From: Chloroflexota bacterium
GTDB lineage: Bacteria > Chloroflexota > Dehalococcoidia > Lucifugimonadales > JADFKI01
DNA length: 64,000 bases
Direction: 5' to 3'
Assembly: GCA_027623195.1 (NCBI GenBank)
Contig: JAQBUT010000006.1
Coordinates: forward strand, 32,001-96,000
Positions within the stretch are counted from its first letter, which is position 1. Each line of letters opens with the position of its first letter. The translations under genes and the position numbers were made by a program. Below are positions 38,356 through 48,459 of this stretch, piece after piece. The notes below the pieces were generated by a model, which was not told the DNA's origin, searched no databases, and saw only the letters and a list, made by a program, of their open reading frames with translations.

Positions 38356-39777
38356 CTAGTTGTCGTCGGCGGGCTGAAGCTCCTCGATATCCACCTCGGC
38401 GTGATGGCCGTTGGTGGAGTGCTCGTAGTGGCGCTTCATCTTCTCCAGGTCGACATCCTCGTTGCGGTCGAAGCCACGACCTTCGTGGAGATCGTACGGG
38501 AACGGCTGGAACCTTTCGAACCGCTCCTGGAATCGCTGGCGGCTTGGCCGGCGGTCGTACGGGAACCTGTACTTGGCCCCGTCGGCAGGCTCAACTTCAT
38601 GCAGGGTGTAATCGCGGCTGCCCAAACCAATCTCGTGACCTGTGTTGATACTGGCAACCTCGCTCTGACCATGGAAGGTAGCTGCCGCAGCCTCGAACTT
38701 GTTGTCGCCAGGGTGATGGGCTTCCATCATCTCGGCGGCGGAGCCAGGTATGCCCACGGATGCTTTAGCCTTGTCCACACACGCCATGTCGATTGCAACG
38801 GCGTCCGTACTGGCAAATACACCCAGGTGCGGAACGATGGGAATGTCCGCGTGGTTGGCGCAGTCGCAGCGAGGCGAGATGTCGATAGCCATGTTTATGT
38901 AGCCAACCTTGTCCCGGCCCACTGCCTTCTCGACAGCCAGACAGGCGTCGGCGATGGCCACGTCCACAGCGTCAAAGTTGACGGGAGGAATCTCTGCAAT
39001 TCCCCTGGGGCCTACAACGCCAAAACAGCCCAGGCAGGTGGCGCAGCGATCGCGGTCCCACTCTAGCTCATCGTTGTCATTGATGTTGTACGTATTGAAC
39101 GGGCAGCAGTCCTCGATAATCTCCCAGTCAGGAGTCGCGGCCTTGCCCTTGAAAGCTTCCGGATGGAATATGGCTGCAGCGCCGAAGCCGTACTTGGGAT
39201 GGCCTCCCATGTGTACGTTAAGCTTGCCGCGCTTGGACTGGCCGCCAATGCCCAGGTTCTTGAGTGCGCCGCCGATAACGCCCATGCCGTGGCCCTTGAA
39301 GTGGGTCAGGGCGATAAGAGCGTCGGATGCGGCGATGGCCTGTGCAACGTACGCCTCTTTAAGGAGGTACCCCTCTGGCAGGTCTACGCGGTAGTCGCTG
39401 GTGCCAATGAAGCCGTCAGCGCAGATGAATGGGCAGCCTAAAGTGGCTGAACTGTATCCGTTGCGCTCAGCAGTAAGCATAAGGTCAAGTTCGCTGGTCC
39501 TGGAACCCCATGGCGAGTACGAAGAGGTGGTAGTGTCGCAAACGAAAGGTCGTCCGCCCAACTCCTTGATTCGGTCCGCCAGCGCTCGCGCGTATACGGG
39601 GCGAAGGTAAGCCGTATTATTCCACTCACCACAGTGGATTTTGATGGCCACAATGTCGTTGGGGCTGATGAGCTTGTCAAGCCCGGCGGCGTCGAAGACG
39701 GTAAGCATTTTGGAAACGAGGCTTGTCTCGGTGCTTTCCGAGTGCCCGTCCATAAAATAAACGTGGGATTTTTCCAT
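38356..39777 (-). CDS. DUF362 family Fe-S protein
   Basis: VAIKIH.GE, GG.PFV.DT, CADG..G, LTHFKGH....GGALKNLG.G, CATCLGC, DISP.CDC, STDAVAID.AC. Confidence 0.85.
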   Translation of the reverse strand: MEKSHVYFMDGHSESTETSLVSKMLTVFDAAGLDKLISPNDIVAIKIHCGEWNNTAYLRPVYARALADRIKELGGRPFVCDTTTSSYSPWGSRTSELDLMLTAERNGYSSATLGCPFICADGFIGTSDYRVDLPEGYLLKEAYVAQAIAASDALIALTHFKGHGMGVIGGALKNLGIGGQSKRGKLNVHMGGHPKYGFGAAAIFHPEAFKGKAATPDWEIIEDCCPFNTYNINDNDELEWDRDRCATCLGCFGVVGPRGIAEIPPVNFDAVDVAIADACLAVEKAVGRDKVGYINMAIDISPRCDCANHADIPIVPHLGVFASTDAVAIDMACVDKAKASVGIPGSAAEMMEAHHPGDNKFEAAAATFHGQSEVASINTGHEIGLGSRDYTLHEVEPADGAKYRFPYDRRPSRQRFQERFERFQPFPYDLHEGRGFDRNEDVDLEKMKRHYEHSTNGHHAEVDIEELQPADDN

Positions 39778-39839
39778 GTTCCCCTCCCTAGTTATAGCCA
39801 GTTATAGCCGAAAAACAGACAGTACACCATAGTAGGCTG

Positions 39840-39868
39840 AGATTAGCACCGGGGCTCAAAAAAGTCAA
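39840..39868 (-). promoter_or_regulatory. sigma70-type promoter of the DUF362 gene
   Basis: TTGACT-17nt-TAATCT with TG extension on the minus strand. Confidence 0.55.
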
Positions 39869-39990
39869 TTGAGCTCACGCCCAGGATTAGGGGTGGAGAG
39901 AATTATTTTTGATTACGCGAAGGGTTGAATAGCCCCTTTTATAGACGCTCTTTGCACTGTTTAGGACGAACTTGCGCCCGGGAGGCGACC

Positions 39991-40025
39991 AAACAAGAGG
40001 CCCAGGCTTGATGCCTGGGCCTCTT
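39991..40025 (-). terminator. Intrinsic terminator
   Basis: AAGAGGCCCAGGC / GCCTGGGCCTCTT perfect 13-bp stem. Confidence 0.75.
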
Positions 40026-40056
40026 AAACCAAATTGGCTCTGTGGGCTACTGGAAA

Positions 40057-41172
40057 TTAATGGGAATGGTTGAATATCGGAGAACCTTCCCAGCACTGGC
40101 AAGGCAGTTCTACGACGCTGCGGTCTATCTCGGCGGGGGTGCGCTTGCCGACGTACGCCATAGCCCTGTCGAACTCCGTCTTGAGGATATTCAGCATCGT
40201 CTCCACGCCGTTTGCGCCATCGTAGGCCAAGCCCCAGTACAACGGCCTGCCAACCATTACCGCACGGGCACCGAGCGCCAGCGCCTTAACAACATCCAGG
40301 CCGCGCCGCACACCGGAGTCCAGGTAAATTTCCATGTTACTGCTGCCTACAGCATCCGCGATAGGCACCAGCGACTCGATAGTTGACTTGGTGCCGTCCA
40401 TCTGCCGGCCGCCGTGGTTGGAGACAACGATGCCGTCGACACCGTGCTCGGCGCACTGCACCGCCTCCCTGACCGTCCGCACTCCTTTAATAACCAACGG
40501 AAGCCCCGTCAGGTCGCGGAGCCAGTCCAGCCTATCCCATGTGAGCCCGGTAAAGTCAGGAGGGTTCCAGTCGGCCATATCGGGTACGCCGACCGAACGC
40601 AAGGAGGTTAGGTCCGGGCGCTCCCGAAGGCTGCCCCAATGCAAGCCAGGCATCGCCACGTAACCATTGCGCAAATCGCGCTCCTTGGGGCTAGGCGAGG
40701 GTGTATCGATGGTTAAGCATATGGCCTTGAAGCCCGCGTTCTTGGCCTTCTTTACCAGAATCTCAGTGACCTCGTCGTTAAAGTGGTATAGCTGCCACCA
40801 CAATGGTCCGGTGGCGACCTCCGCCACCTCGTCGATGCCCCAGCCAGAGCTGGTTGCTAGAGCCATCAGAGTGCCTGCTGCACCTGCACCCATGGCCGTA
40901 GCCTTCTCTCCCTCGGGATGAGCCTGACGCTGGCCGCCGGTCGGCGCAACCATCACAGGGAAGCTTATCTTCTCACCCAGGACAGTGGTAGTTAGGTCTC
41001 GCTTGGAGACATCCTGCAGGAAATCGGAGTTTACCGTAATCCGGTCAAACGCCTCCCGGTTCCGCCTCTTGGTTATCTCGTCGTTACACGCCGCATCAAC
41101 GAAATCCCACATATTGTGTGGCATGGTTTGTTTGGCTAATTCTTCCAGATCATATAGGTTCACCGGTTCCAT
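40057..41172 (-). CDS. FMN-dependent alpha-hydroxy acid oxidase/dehydrogenase
   Basis: PVMVAPTG, HPEGE, QLY, VIKGV, VSNHGGRQMD, DSGVRRG.DV.KALALGA. Confidence 0.94.
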   Translation of the reverse strand: MEPVNLYDLEELAKQTMPHNMWDFVDAACNDEITKRRNREAFDRITVNSDFLQDVSKRDLTTTVLGEKISFPVMVAPTGGQRQAHPEGEKATAMGAGAAGTLMALATSSGWGIDEVAEVATGPLWWQLYHFNDEVTEILVKKAKNAGFKAICLTIDTPSPSPKERDLRNGYVAMPGLHWGSLRERPDLTSLRSVGVPDMADWNPPDFTGLTWDRLDWLRDLTGLPLVIKGVRTVREAVQCAEHGVDGIVVSNHGGRQMDGTKSTIESLVPIADAVGSSNMEIYLDSGVRRGLDVVKALALGARAVMVGRPLYWGLAYDGANGVETMLNILKTEFDRAMAYVGKRTPAEIDRSVVELPCQCWEGSPIFNHSH

Positions 41173-41311
41173 AACGACAAGTAACCTCCCTCAAAGTATT
41201 CATGAATCCCGGCGCATTATATCCCTCCGTCAATAATTTGCAAAGTATTTTTGATACTAGGCAAAATGGCGTGGCAAATATCCCGGCTTTAGTCCCAGAG
41301 AGACCAAGGTA

Positions 41312-41728
41312 CTAGTCGTCGCTCGCTATGGACACGACACTGCGCGGGGTAAGACGAAACACGACGACTTCTGAATGGCCTCCTCTGTAGCCTTCCGCAA
41401 AATCGCGACCCTTCTCTTCGCCGTAGTAGCGCACGGCCATGGACAGCACCAGGTCGTAAAGAGGCCGGTCTACCTCTGCAACAGGCCCGTCCATAATAAC
41501 GGACCGGTAGGGCGGCTCCCGCCAGTCGACACACAGCGAGGCGTGGGGCCGACCTTGGAGGTTACGCCACTTCAGCGAGGCTCGCGACGTAAACATGTAG
41601 GCCGCCCCATCCTCCCAGTGAAACCAGATGGGCGCTGATCGAGGCCGCCCCTGCTCGTCCACAGTTCCGATCACGGCCACCAAAGATTGCGATAGAAACT
41701 GGTCGATCTCCTGTTCAGTCATGGGCAT
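41312..41728 (-). CDS. PPOX-class (pyridoxamine 5'-phosphate oxidase-like) putative F420-binding protein
   Basis: GTVD..GRP..APIWF, S.KWRNL...P.ASLCVD. Confidence 0.85.
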   Translation of the reverse strand: MPMTEQEIDQFLSQSLVAVIGTVDEQGRPRSAPIWFHWEDGAAYMFTSRASLKWRNLQGRPHASLCVDWREPPYRSVIMDGPVAEVDRPLYDLVLSMAVRYYGEEKGRDFAEGYRGGHSEVVVFRLTPRSVVSIASDD

Positions 41729-41864
41729 TTCTGTACCTCGCTGCGCCAATACATTGACTGACGATTGATTAGGGATGCCTGAGGCTGTATTCTAAGGCAA
41801 TCGGCTCAATCGCGTTTCAACGTGAGCAACCGACGGGACGCCAAATGAAACCTGAACGAGGTCT

Positions 41865-42536
41865 TTGATGATGACGGATATCAACGATGCCTGGGTACAT
41901 CCCGGACCACAGCCCAACGGCATGCAGGCCGTGGACGGAGGCGTGTGGATTATCGACCAGGGCGATGACCACCTATACAAACTGTCCTACGACGACGGTT
42001 CCATCATCGAGAAGCTCCCTACGGAAACCAAAGCCTCTAGTGGCGTAACTGTAGGCGGTGGGTACATCTGGGTGGCCTCGACGTACTCCTGCGAGCTGTA
42101 CAAGCTGGACCCCAAAGACGGCTCCACGGTAGCCGTGTACGACACGCCGGGCAAGGGTGTCGTCGGCTACGCCAAGGACCCGGCCACCGCTACGGAGACG
42201 GGCGCGCACGGCATGGAGTGGATTGACGACGATAACATGTGGATTGCAGTTCCGCCGGCAAAGACGGCCTACCTCATGGACCCCAAGACCATGACAGTGA
42301 AGCGTTCCATCCCAACGCCGGACGAGCGGCCACACGGGCTGTTCATGCACAACGGCGCCATCTGGCTGGCTGACACCGGCCTTGGCAAGATACACAAGCT
42401 TAACCCCGACACAGGCGAAGTGCTGGACGAGATCGACGTGCCGGAGCCAGAGGTTCACGGCATGACGCTAAAGGACGGCGTCATCTGGTTCTGCTGCGCC
42501 GAGACGCGGCGGGTCTGCACGGTGCGATTGCCGTGA
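41865..42536 (+). CDS. Beta-propeller protein (Vgb/glutaminyl cyclase-like repeats)
   Basis: Repeated P.G/HG..D..IW..D...(L/I)YKL.P..G units. Confidence 0.75.
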   Translation: MMMTDINDAWVHPGPQPNGMQAVDGGVWIIDQGDDHLYKLSYDDGSIIEKLPTETKASSGVTVGGGYIWVASTYSCELYKLDPKDGSTVAVYDTPGKGVVGYAKDPATATETGAHGMEWIDDDNMWIAVPPAKTAYLMDPKTMTVKRSIPTPDERPHGLFMHNGAIWLADTGLGKIHKLNPDTGEVLDEIDVPEPEVHGMTLKDGVIWFCCAETRRVCTVRLP

Positions 42537-42632
42537 AGCTGGACGACTACACATACATGCCCTACTCTGTCATATGTGAGCAAGGGATAGCGCTGGCAGG
42601 GCTCTTCGACTAGAGTAGGCCGGCCCACACAC

Positions 42633-42661
42633 TTGACATTTCCTCAAAGTCGAAATATATT
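42633..42661 (+). promoter_or_regulatory. sigma70-type promoter
   Basis: TTGACA-17nt-TATATT, about 125 nt upstream of 42787. Confidence 0.65.
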
Positions 42662-42786
42662 CAGGCCATTCTGCAAGAATCGGTCAAGTAATCCACGCTT
42701 TTGGCCTGCAACATGGGTGTCAAGTGGCGTGACGCAGTAAACTTCCGGCTATTTTGGATGGTTTGTAGATACACAGAAGGTCTTTC

Positions 42787-43776
42787 GTGATGAAGCGCCT
42801 ATTATCCGTTCTAGTTCTGTTGGTGGCCCTTGTTGCCGGCTTCACCGCTATTCCGACGTTCGCTAACGGCGTCGCCACAGTCCACAACTTCAACCCTGCC
42901 GAAGGTGAGTTTCCCGAGGCGCTTGTCATAGACAAGAGGGGCAATATCTACGTAAGCACAAGCACTAATCCGAACGGCAGGATCTACAAATTTACGCCTG
43001 AAGGGAACGGCAGCATCTACGCGAATCTGCCTTCCCCCGGTGCCGGTTTTGTCCTTGGCATGGCGTTCGATCGCCGCGAAAACCTCTACGTTGCCATGGC
43101 GAGCTTTGATCCCGCGACGCACGGCATATGGAAGGTCAGTCGCAGGGACCATTCCGTATCCAAATTCGCCGCGTTGCCAGAGAGCGGACTGCCCAATGGA
43201 CTCATCTTCGATAAGAGGGGAAATCTGTACGTTGGCGATAGCGGCGGCGGAGTCATCTGGCGCATCGACCGGCACGGGAACGTCTCGGTCTGGAGCGCCG
43301 ACCCTCTGCTTGTGGGAACTGGCTCCACCGGCTTCCCCTTCTTCATAGGGGTCGACGGCATCGTATTCGATGAGCATGAAGAAAACCTTTACGCCACGAA
43401 TTTTGAAGTGGGTGAGATCATCCGATTTCCAGTGATGGAAGACGGCAGCGCCGGAACCGGCGAGGTCTTCGCCGACGGCCCGATGGTTCAGGGTGTCGAC
43501 GGCATCACTATCGACGACGACGGAAACCTGTATGCGGCCGCCAATACAAGGAACGCCATTATCATGGTTTCAGAGGACGGCGAAGTCACAACGGTCGCAG
43601 AGGGAAGCCCGCCCTTTCAGAACCCATCCGACGTGAGGTTCGGCAAGGGCGATGACGAAGACACTCTGTACATTACGAATTTCGCCATATTCGCGGGTGC
43701 GGATGCAATCCCCGCGCTGCTCAAAATGTCGGTGGGTGACGACGATGAGGACGAGGAAGAAGGCGACGACGATTAG
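42787..43776 (+). CDS. Secreted SMP-30/gluconolactonase-like beta-propeller with acidic tail
   Basis: Signal peptide; PE.L..D..GN.YV, PNGL.FD..GNLYV.DS, DGI..D..GNLY, NPSDVRFG. Confidence 0.85.
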   Translation: MMKRLLSVLVLLVALVAGFTAIPTFANGVATVHNFNPAEGEFPEALVIDKRGNIYVSTSTNPNGRIYKFTPEGNGSIYANLPSPGAGFVLGMAFDRRENLYVAMASFDPATHGIWKVSRRDHSVSKFAALPESGLPNGLIFDKRGNLYVGDSGGGVIWRIDRHGNVSVWSADPLLVGTGSTGFPFFIGVDGIVFDEHEENLYATNFEVGEIIRFPVMEDGSAGTGEVFADGPMVQGVDGITIDDDGNLYAAANTRNAIIMVSEDGEVTTVAEGSPPFQNPSDVRFGKGDDEDTLYITNFAIFAGADAIPALLKMSVGDDDEDEEEGDDD

Positions 43777-43833
43777 TAGGAAGACGACTAGTGTCGACTA
43801 ATCGTTGGTTTGCCACAAGATAAGCTGAAGATA

Positions 43834-43867
43834 GGGCTACGGTGGTTCGCGCCGTAGCCCCGTTTTT
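43834..43867 (+). terminator. Intrinsic terminator
   Basis: GGGCTACGGTG / CGCCGTAGCCC plus TTTTT. Confidence 0.75.
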
Positions 43868-43985
43868 CGAAGCTGGTCCCTTTCATGCTCGCGGCTAGGA
43901 GTTGACCGGACCCGTATCACTGTTGGTCGGAATTTCGAATTCGTCGAGCATCTACAATGCCGGACATAAACGAGGATTCAAGTCA

Positions 43986-44840
43986 ATGCCAGAATCGCAC
44001 ACGGAGATTGCCCCAGGTATTCACCAGATATTAATGGACCAGGAGGCGCGTCCTGGCGTCTACGGAGGGGTATACGCTCCTAACGTATACCTGGTTATTG
44101 GCCGAGACAAGGCGGTGTTCATCGACACGGCCTACGGTGAGGACGACGAGGTGGCGGCGCACCTTCGCCTTTGGGAAGAGAAGGGTAAGCCTGACATCGA
44201 GGCCATCATCTGCACTCACAGGCACGGCGACCATATCGGCGGGGCGGGCAGATTATCCGAGGTTACCGGCGGGGCAATTGCCTGCGCCACCGACGAACGA
44301 GATGCCATTGACGCGGACTTGAAGAGCGGCCAGGTAGGCAGGGTGTTCCAAGAGGGCGATAGCATAGACCTGGGCGGGGCAACCCTGGATTTTATACCCA
44401 CGCCGGGCCACACCATGGGAAGTCTGTGCATCGTGCATCGCGAGAATGGCGTGCTGTTTAGCGGCGACATGATTCTCGGCACCGGCACCACCGTGGTGAG
44501 TCCTGAGCACGGAGACATGACGTCATACATCGAGTCCATGCGCAAGCTGTTGACCTACGACGGCTTAACCATGATCGCGCCGGGCCACGGTCCCATAATC
44601 AACACGCCTTACGAAAAGTTCCAGGAACTAATTGACCATCGCCTCCAAAGGGAGGAGCAGATCCTGAAACTGGTGAGCGACGGCACCGGCACCGTCGATG
44701 CGCTACTAGAGGCCATTTACGTGGGCGGTATCCACCCGAATCTGCACGACACCGCCAAGAACCAGATACTTTCCCATCTGGCCAAGCTAGAACGCGAAAG
44801 TAAGGTGAGGTCGGACGGAGCCCAGTTCTCCGCCGCCTGA
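43986..44840 (+). CDS. MBL-fold metallo-hydrolase (LACTB2-like)
   Basis: THRHGDHIGG, TPGHT, FSGDMILG, PGHGP, C-terminal winged-helix-like region. Confidence 0.9.
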   Translation: MPESHTEIAPGIHQILMDQEARPGVYGGVYAPNVYLVIGRDKAVFIDTAYGEDDEVAAHLRLWEEKGKPDIEAIICTHRHGDHIGGAGRLSEVTGGAIACATDERDAIDADLKSGQVGRVFQEGDSIDLGGATLDFIPTPGHTMGSLCIVHRENGVLFSGDMILGTGTTVVSPEHGDMTSYIESMRKLLTYDGLTMIAPGHGPIINTPYEKFQELIDHRLQREEQILKLVSDGTGTVDALLEAIYVGGIHPNLHDTAKNQILSHLAKLERESKVRSDGAQFSAA

Positions 44841-44869
44841 GACTTGAGGACAACGACCCTCAACGTGCT

Positions 44870-45466
44870 ATGAAAACACTGCGATTATGCTTCCTTGGCG
44901 ACTCCTTCGTAAACGGCACTGGTGATCCTGATTGCCTGGGCTGGACGGGCAGGGTGTGCGCTGAGGCTTGTCGGAAGGGCCACGACGTGACGTACTACAA
45001 TCTCGGCATCCGACGGGAAACCAGCGACGACATCCTCACGAGATGGCGCGTTGAGGTTGAAGGGCGCTTACCAGCCACCGTAGAACGCCGCATGGTCGTG
45101 TCCTTTGGCGTTAACGACGTGACTTGGGAGCGTGATGGGATAAGGGTCCCTATGGAACGGACCTTGGCCAACGCTAACTCCATCTTGTCCGAAGCATCGA
45201 GCATATGCCCGGTGCTGATGGTAGGCCCTCCGCCAACAGCGGACGATGAGGTAAACAAGCGTTCGGTCAGGTTGGACGAAGAATTATCTAACCTCTGCGA
45301 ATATATGAAAATACCGTATTTGCCCGTGATAGAAATTCTTACCGCATCAGACGTTTGGATTCCAGAGGCCAAGAGTTTCGATGGCGCACATCCGCGGTCT
45401 GGCGGGTACTCCGAATTGGCAACGCTGGTAAACAACTGGTCGGCATGGAAGGCCTGGTTCGAATAG
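44870..45466 (+). CDS. SGNH/GDSL hydrolase
   Basis: FLGDSFV.G.GD, NLGIR, FGVND, DGAHP. Confidence 0.9.
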   Translation: MKTLRLCFLGDSFVNGTGDPDCLGWTGRVCAEACRKGHDVTYYNLGIRRETSDDILTRWRVEVEGRLPATVERRMVVSFGVNDVTWERDGIRVPMERTLANANSILSEASSICPVLMVGPPPTADDEVNKRSVRLDEELSNLCEYMKIPYLPVIEILTASDVWIPEAKSFDGAHPRSGGYSELATLVNNWSAWKAWFE

Positions 45467-46131
45467 TGTTTCCGCAAAACATAAACACCGTCATATTCGA
45501 CTTCGACTACACGCTGGCGGACTCGTCGCCCGGCATTATCGAGTCGGTGAATTACGCCATGTCCCAATTGGGCCTGCCCGCGTCTACCCCGGAAGCCATC
45601 CGTAGAACTATCGGCCTCTCTCTCACGGAGACGTTGAAGGCCCTGGCCAGTCCAGAGCATGGACACCTCGAAGAGGCCTTCGAAGCCCACTTCATAGTGC
45701 GGGCGGATGAGGTGATGACGGATGCCACCCGGCTGTTCGGCTTCGTGCCTGATACCGTTCGTGCACTGTCGGAACGAGGTTTCAATCTGGGCATCGTTTC
45801 GTCCAAATACCGGCGACGTATCGAAAGCGTGCTGGATCGAGAGAGCCTAAGAGACCTATTCAGCATTATCATCGGCGGCGAAGATGTGGCCGCGTTCAAG
45901 CCTGACCCTGCCGGACTCATCTCGGCCACCGAGAGGCTCTCATCCACACCTGCCAATGTCCTGTATGTGGGAGACAGCCTCACAGACGCCGAGACCGCCC
46001 GACGTGCCTCCGTGCCCTTTATTGCGGTCCTCTCCGGTGTTACGGAACGACACGAGTTCTCGGGTCACCCGGTCCAACACGTAATTGGCAACGTTGCGGA
46101 ATTACCAGCCATTCTTTCCGACATGATATAG
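45466..46131 (+). CDS. HAD-family phosphatase (phosphoglycolate phosphatase-like)
   Basis: FDFDYTLADS, VSSK, KPDP, YVGDS..D; GTG overlaps the upstream TAG. Confidence 0.9.
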   Translation: MFPQNINTVIFDFDYTLADSSPGIIESVNYAMSQLGLPASTPEAIRRTIGLSLTETLKALASPEHGHLEEAFEAHFIVRADEVMTDATRLFGFVPDTVRALSERGFNLGIVSSKYRRRIESVLDRESLRDLFSIIIGGEDVAAFKPDPAGLISATERLSSTPANVLYVGDSLTDAETARRASVPFIAVLSGVTERHEFSGHPVQHVIGNVAELPAILSDMI

Positions 46132-46223
46132 TAAGGCACGCCTTGACGGACAGGCGTAGGGTGCGCTCTCCATCGTCCCGATTCGACGACCTAAATCTGT
46201 ATTCCATTAATCAGGATGTAGAA

Positions 46224-47537
46224 ATGACCTTCAATAACATCGATCTTTTTCCGTTTACAACTTCCGTAAATGAGGACGACCACCTGACCATCGGCGGCTG
46301 TGATGTTGCCCAACTGGCAGCCGAGTTCGGCACGCCTCTTTACATCTACGACGATGCCACCCTGCGCGGGATGTGCCGCGAGTTCATATCGGAGTTCACC
46401 AGCCGATATCCAGGGGCTCGCGTGGCGTATGCGTCCAAGGCATTCGTGAATCCGGCCATCGCCCGGGTGGTTGCAGAGGAGGGCATGAGCCTGGACATCG
46501 TTTCCGGCGGAGAGCTGGCCGTTGCCAAGACGGTTGATTTCCCGGCGGACCGCATCTACTTCCACGGCAACAACAAGACGCCTGAAGAGCTCGAGTTCGC
46601 GCTGGAGTACGGCGTAGGCCAGATCGTAGTGGACAGCTTCCATGAGCTGACAACATTGGACGCCATCGCGGGCAGCCGAGGACAGCGGCAGGACATCATG
46701 CTAAGGCTATCTCCAAGCGTGGACCCGCACACCCACGTCGCCACCACCACGGGCATTCTGGACAGCAAGTTCGGCTTTTCGGTGGAGACAGGAGACGCGG
46801 CGAAGGCCATCAGGCAGGCCATTAAAGCAACAAACCTTGATCTGGTGGGCATTCACTTTCACCTGGGCTCTCCGATTTTCGAGCTAGAGCCATACGCGCA
46901 GGGAATCGAGGTCATCCTTAACTTCCTGGCCCAATTCAAGGAAGAGGGCTTGCAGCTTCGCGAATTCAGCCCTGGCGGCGGGTTCGCTATAGGCTACGTT
47001 CGGGACGAGCTGCCCCCGCCAATCGCCGACTACGCCGAGGTCATCGCCTCCACCACAAAGCGGTTCTGCGAAGAGCTAGGATTCGATCAGCCGCGACTCA
47101 TCGTGGAGCCGGGACGATCTATCGTAGGCAGGGCAGGCGTAGCCCTGTACACCGTCGGCGGTATCAAAGATATACCTACTGTTCGCAAGTACGTTTCGTT
47201 AGACGGCGGCATGGGCGACAACATCCGGCCTGCCATATATGGCTCTGAATACGAGGCCGTGCTGGCTAACAGAATGTCGGCCGTTCCCGAAGAGGTCGTT
47301 ACGCTGGCTGGCAAGTACTGCGAGTCCGGCGACGTGCTGGTGCGCGACGTCAAGTTGCCGACAATCCAGTCCGGCGACCTGATCGCCATACCTTCATCGG
47401 GGGCATACGCGCCGTCCATGGCCAGCAACTACAACCTCAACGCCAGACCCGCCATGGTCATAGTTAAGGATGGCGAGGCCAAACTCATTCGGCGAAGGGA
47501 GACCTTCGAAGACATGATGCGTGCCGATGTCTTTTAG
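46224..47537 (+). CDS. lysA: Diaminopimelate decarboxylase
   Basis: FGTPLYIYD, YASKAF, HGNNK, SKFG, HFHLGS, EPGRSIV, DGGMGDNIRP, GKYCESGD, MASNYN. Confidence 0.96.
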   Translation: MTFNNIDLFPFTTSVNEDDHLTIGGCDVAQLAAEFGTPLYIYDDATLRGMCREFISEFTSRYPGARVAYASKAFVNPAIARVVAEEGMSLDIVSGGELAVAKTVDFPADRIYFHGNNKTPEELEFALEYGVGQIVVDSFHELTTLDAIAGSRGQRQDIMLRLSPSVDPHTHVATTTGILDSKFGFSVETGDAAKAIRQAIKATNLDLVGIHFHLGSPIFELEPYAQGIEVILNFLAQFKEEGLQLREFSPGGGFAIGYVRDELPPPIADYAEVIASTTKRFCEELGFDQPRLIVEPGRSIVGRAGVALYTVGGIKDIPTVRKYVSLDGGMGDNIRPAIYGSEYEAVLANRMSAVPEEVVTLAGKYCESGDVLVRDVKLPTIQSGDLIAIPSSGAYAPSMASNYNLNARPAMVIVKDGEAKLIRRRETFEDMMRADVF

Positions 47538-47640
47538 AATTTTTGGGTAGAGCTTTCGGAATCTGTGCACCCAAAGTAGGGAACTGGCAGATTCGAGCAA
47601 CTATCCAGCTGACGTTTAATCGAACAGTGGAGGTGTAGGC

Positions 47641-48390
47641 GTGAGACTTCAAGGCAAGGTCGCTCTGATAAGCGGAGGCGCCCGGGGCCTAGGCGCAGAA
47701 GAGGCCGGGCTATTCGCCCAAGAGGATGCTAGCGTTGTCATAGGCGACATCCTGGTGGAGGAAGGCAAACGCGTGGCGGCTCAGATTACAAAGGCGGGAG
47801 GCAACGCCAAGTTTGTGCGGCTGGATGCCACGTCGGAGGACGATTGGATTTCGGCCGTGAAGGCGACCAACAGCGAATTCGGCAGACTCGACATCCTTAT
47901 AAACAACGCTGGGATATTCCAGCGGGCCACAGTGGCAGAGACCACCTCGGAGGGCTGGGACCGCGTAATGGACATCAACGCCAAAGGCGTATTCCTGGGA
48001 ACGAAGGCGGCTATACCAGCCATGAGGGCATCAGGCGGAGGGTCTATAGTAAACATCTCCTCCGTCGCCGGCATTATAGGCAGCCGCATGGCCACCGCCT
48101 ACAACGCATCCAAGGGCGCGGTGCGTCTGCTTACAAAAACGACCGCAATCCAGTATGCCAAAGAGGGCATCCGATGCAACTCGGTCCACCCTGGGCTTAC
48201 GGAGACCGACATGGCTCACGAGGTCTACCCTGAACAGGGCGAATACGAGACTAGTCGCGACCGCCCTCCGTTGGGCCGGCTTGGCAGGCCCATAGACGTT
48301 GCTTACGGAGTGCTTTTTCTGGCGTCTGACGAATCGTCGTACATGACGGGCAGTGAGTTGATTATCGACGGTGGCATCACAGCCCAGTAG
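47641..48390 (+). CDS. SDR family oxidoreductase (paralog of 33269-34018)
   Basis: SGGARGLG, NNAG, YNASK; same length and long identical stretches. Confidence 0.93.
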   Translation: MRLQGKVALISGGARGLGAEEAGLFAQEDASVVIGDILVEEGKRVAAQITKAGGNAKFVRLDATSEDDWISAVKATNSEFGRLDILINNAGIFQRATVAETTSEGWDRVMDINAKGVFLGTKAAIPAMRASGGGSIVNISSVAGIIGSRMATAYNASKGAVRLLTKTTAIQYAKEGIRCNSVHPGLTETDMAHEVYPEQGEYETSRDRPPLGRLGRPIDVAYGVLFLASDESSYMTGSELIIDGGITAQ

Positions 48391-48459
48391 CTTCGGAAAT
48401 ACGTTAGTAAAACGGCGGCGACATTGAGTAATCGCATAAAGCAGCAAGGAGATTTCCCC

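Noticed and set aside
46132..46223. Possible lysine riboswitch upstream of lysA
   Set aside because: Only about 90 nt available and no L-box consensus
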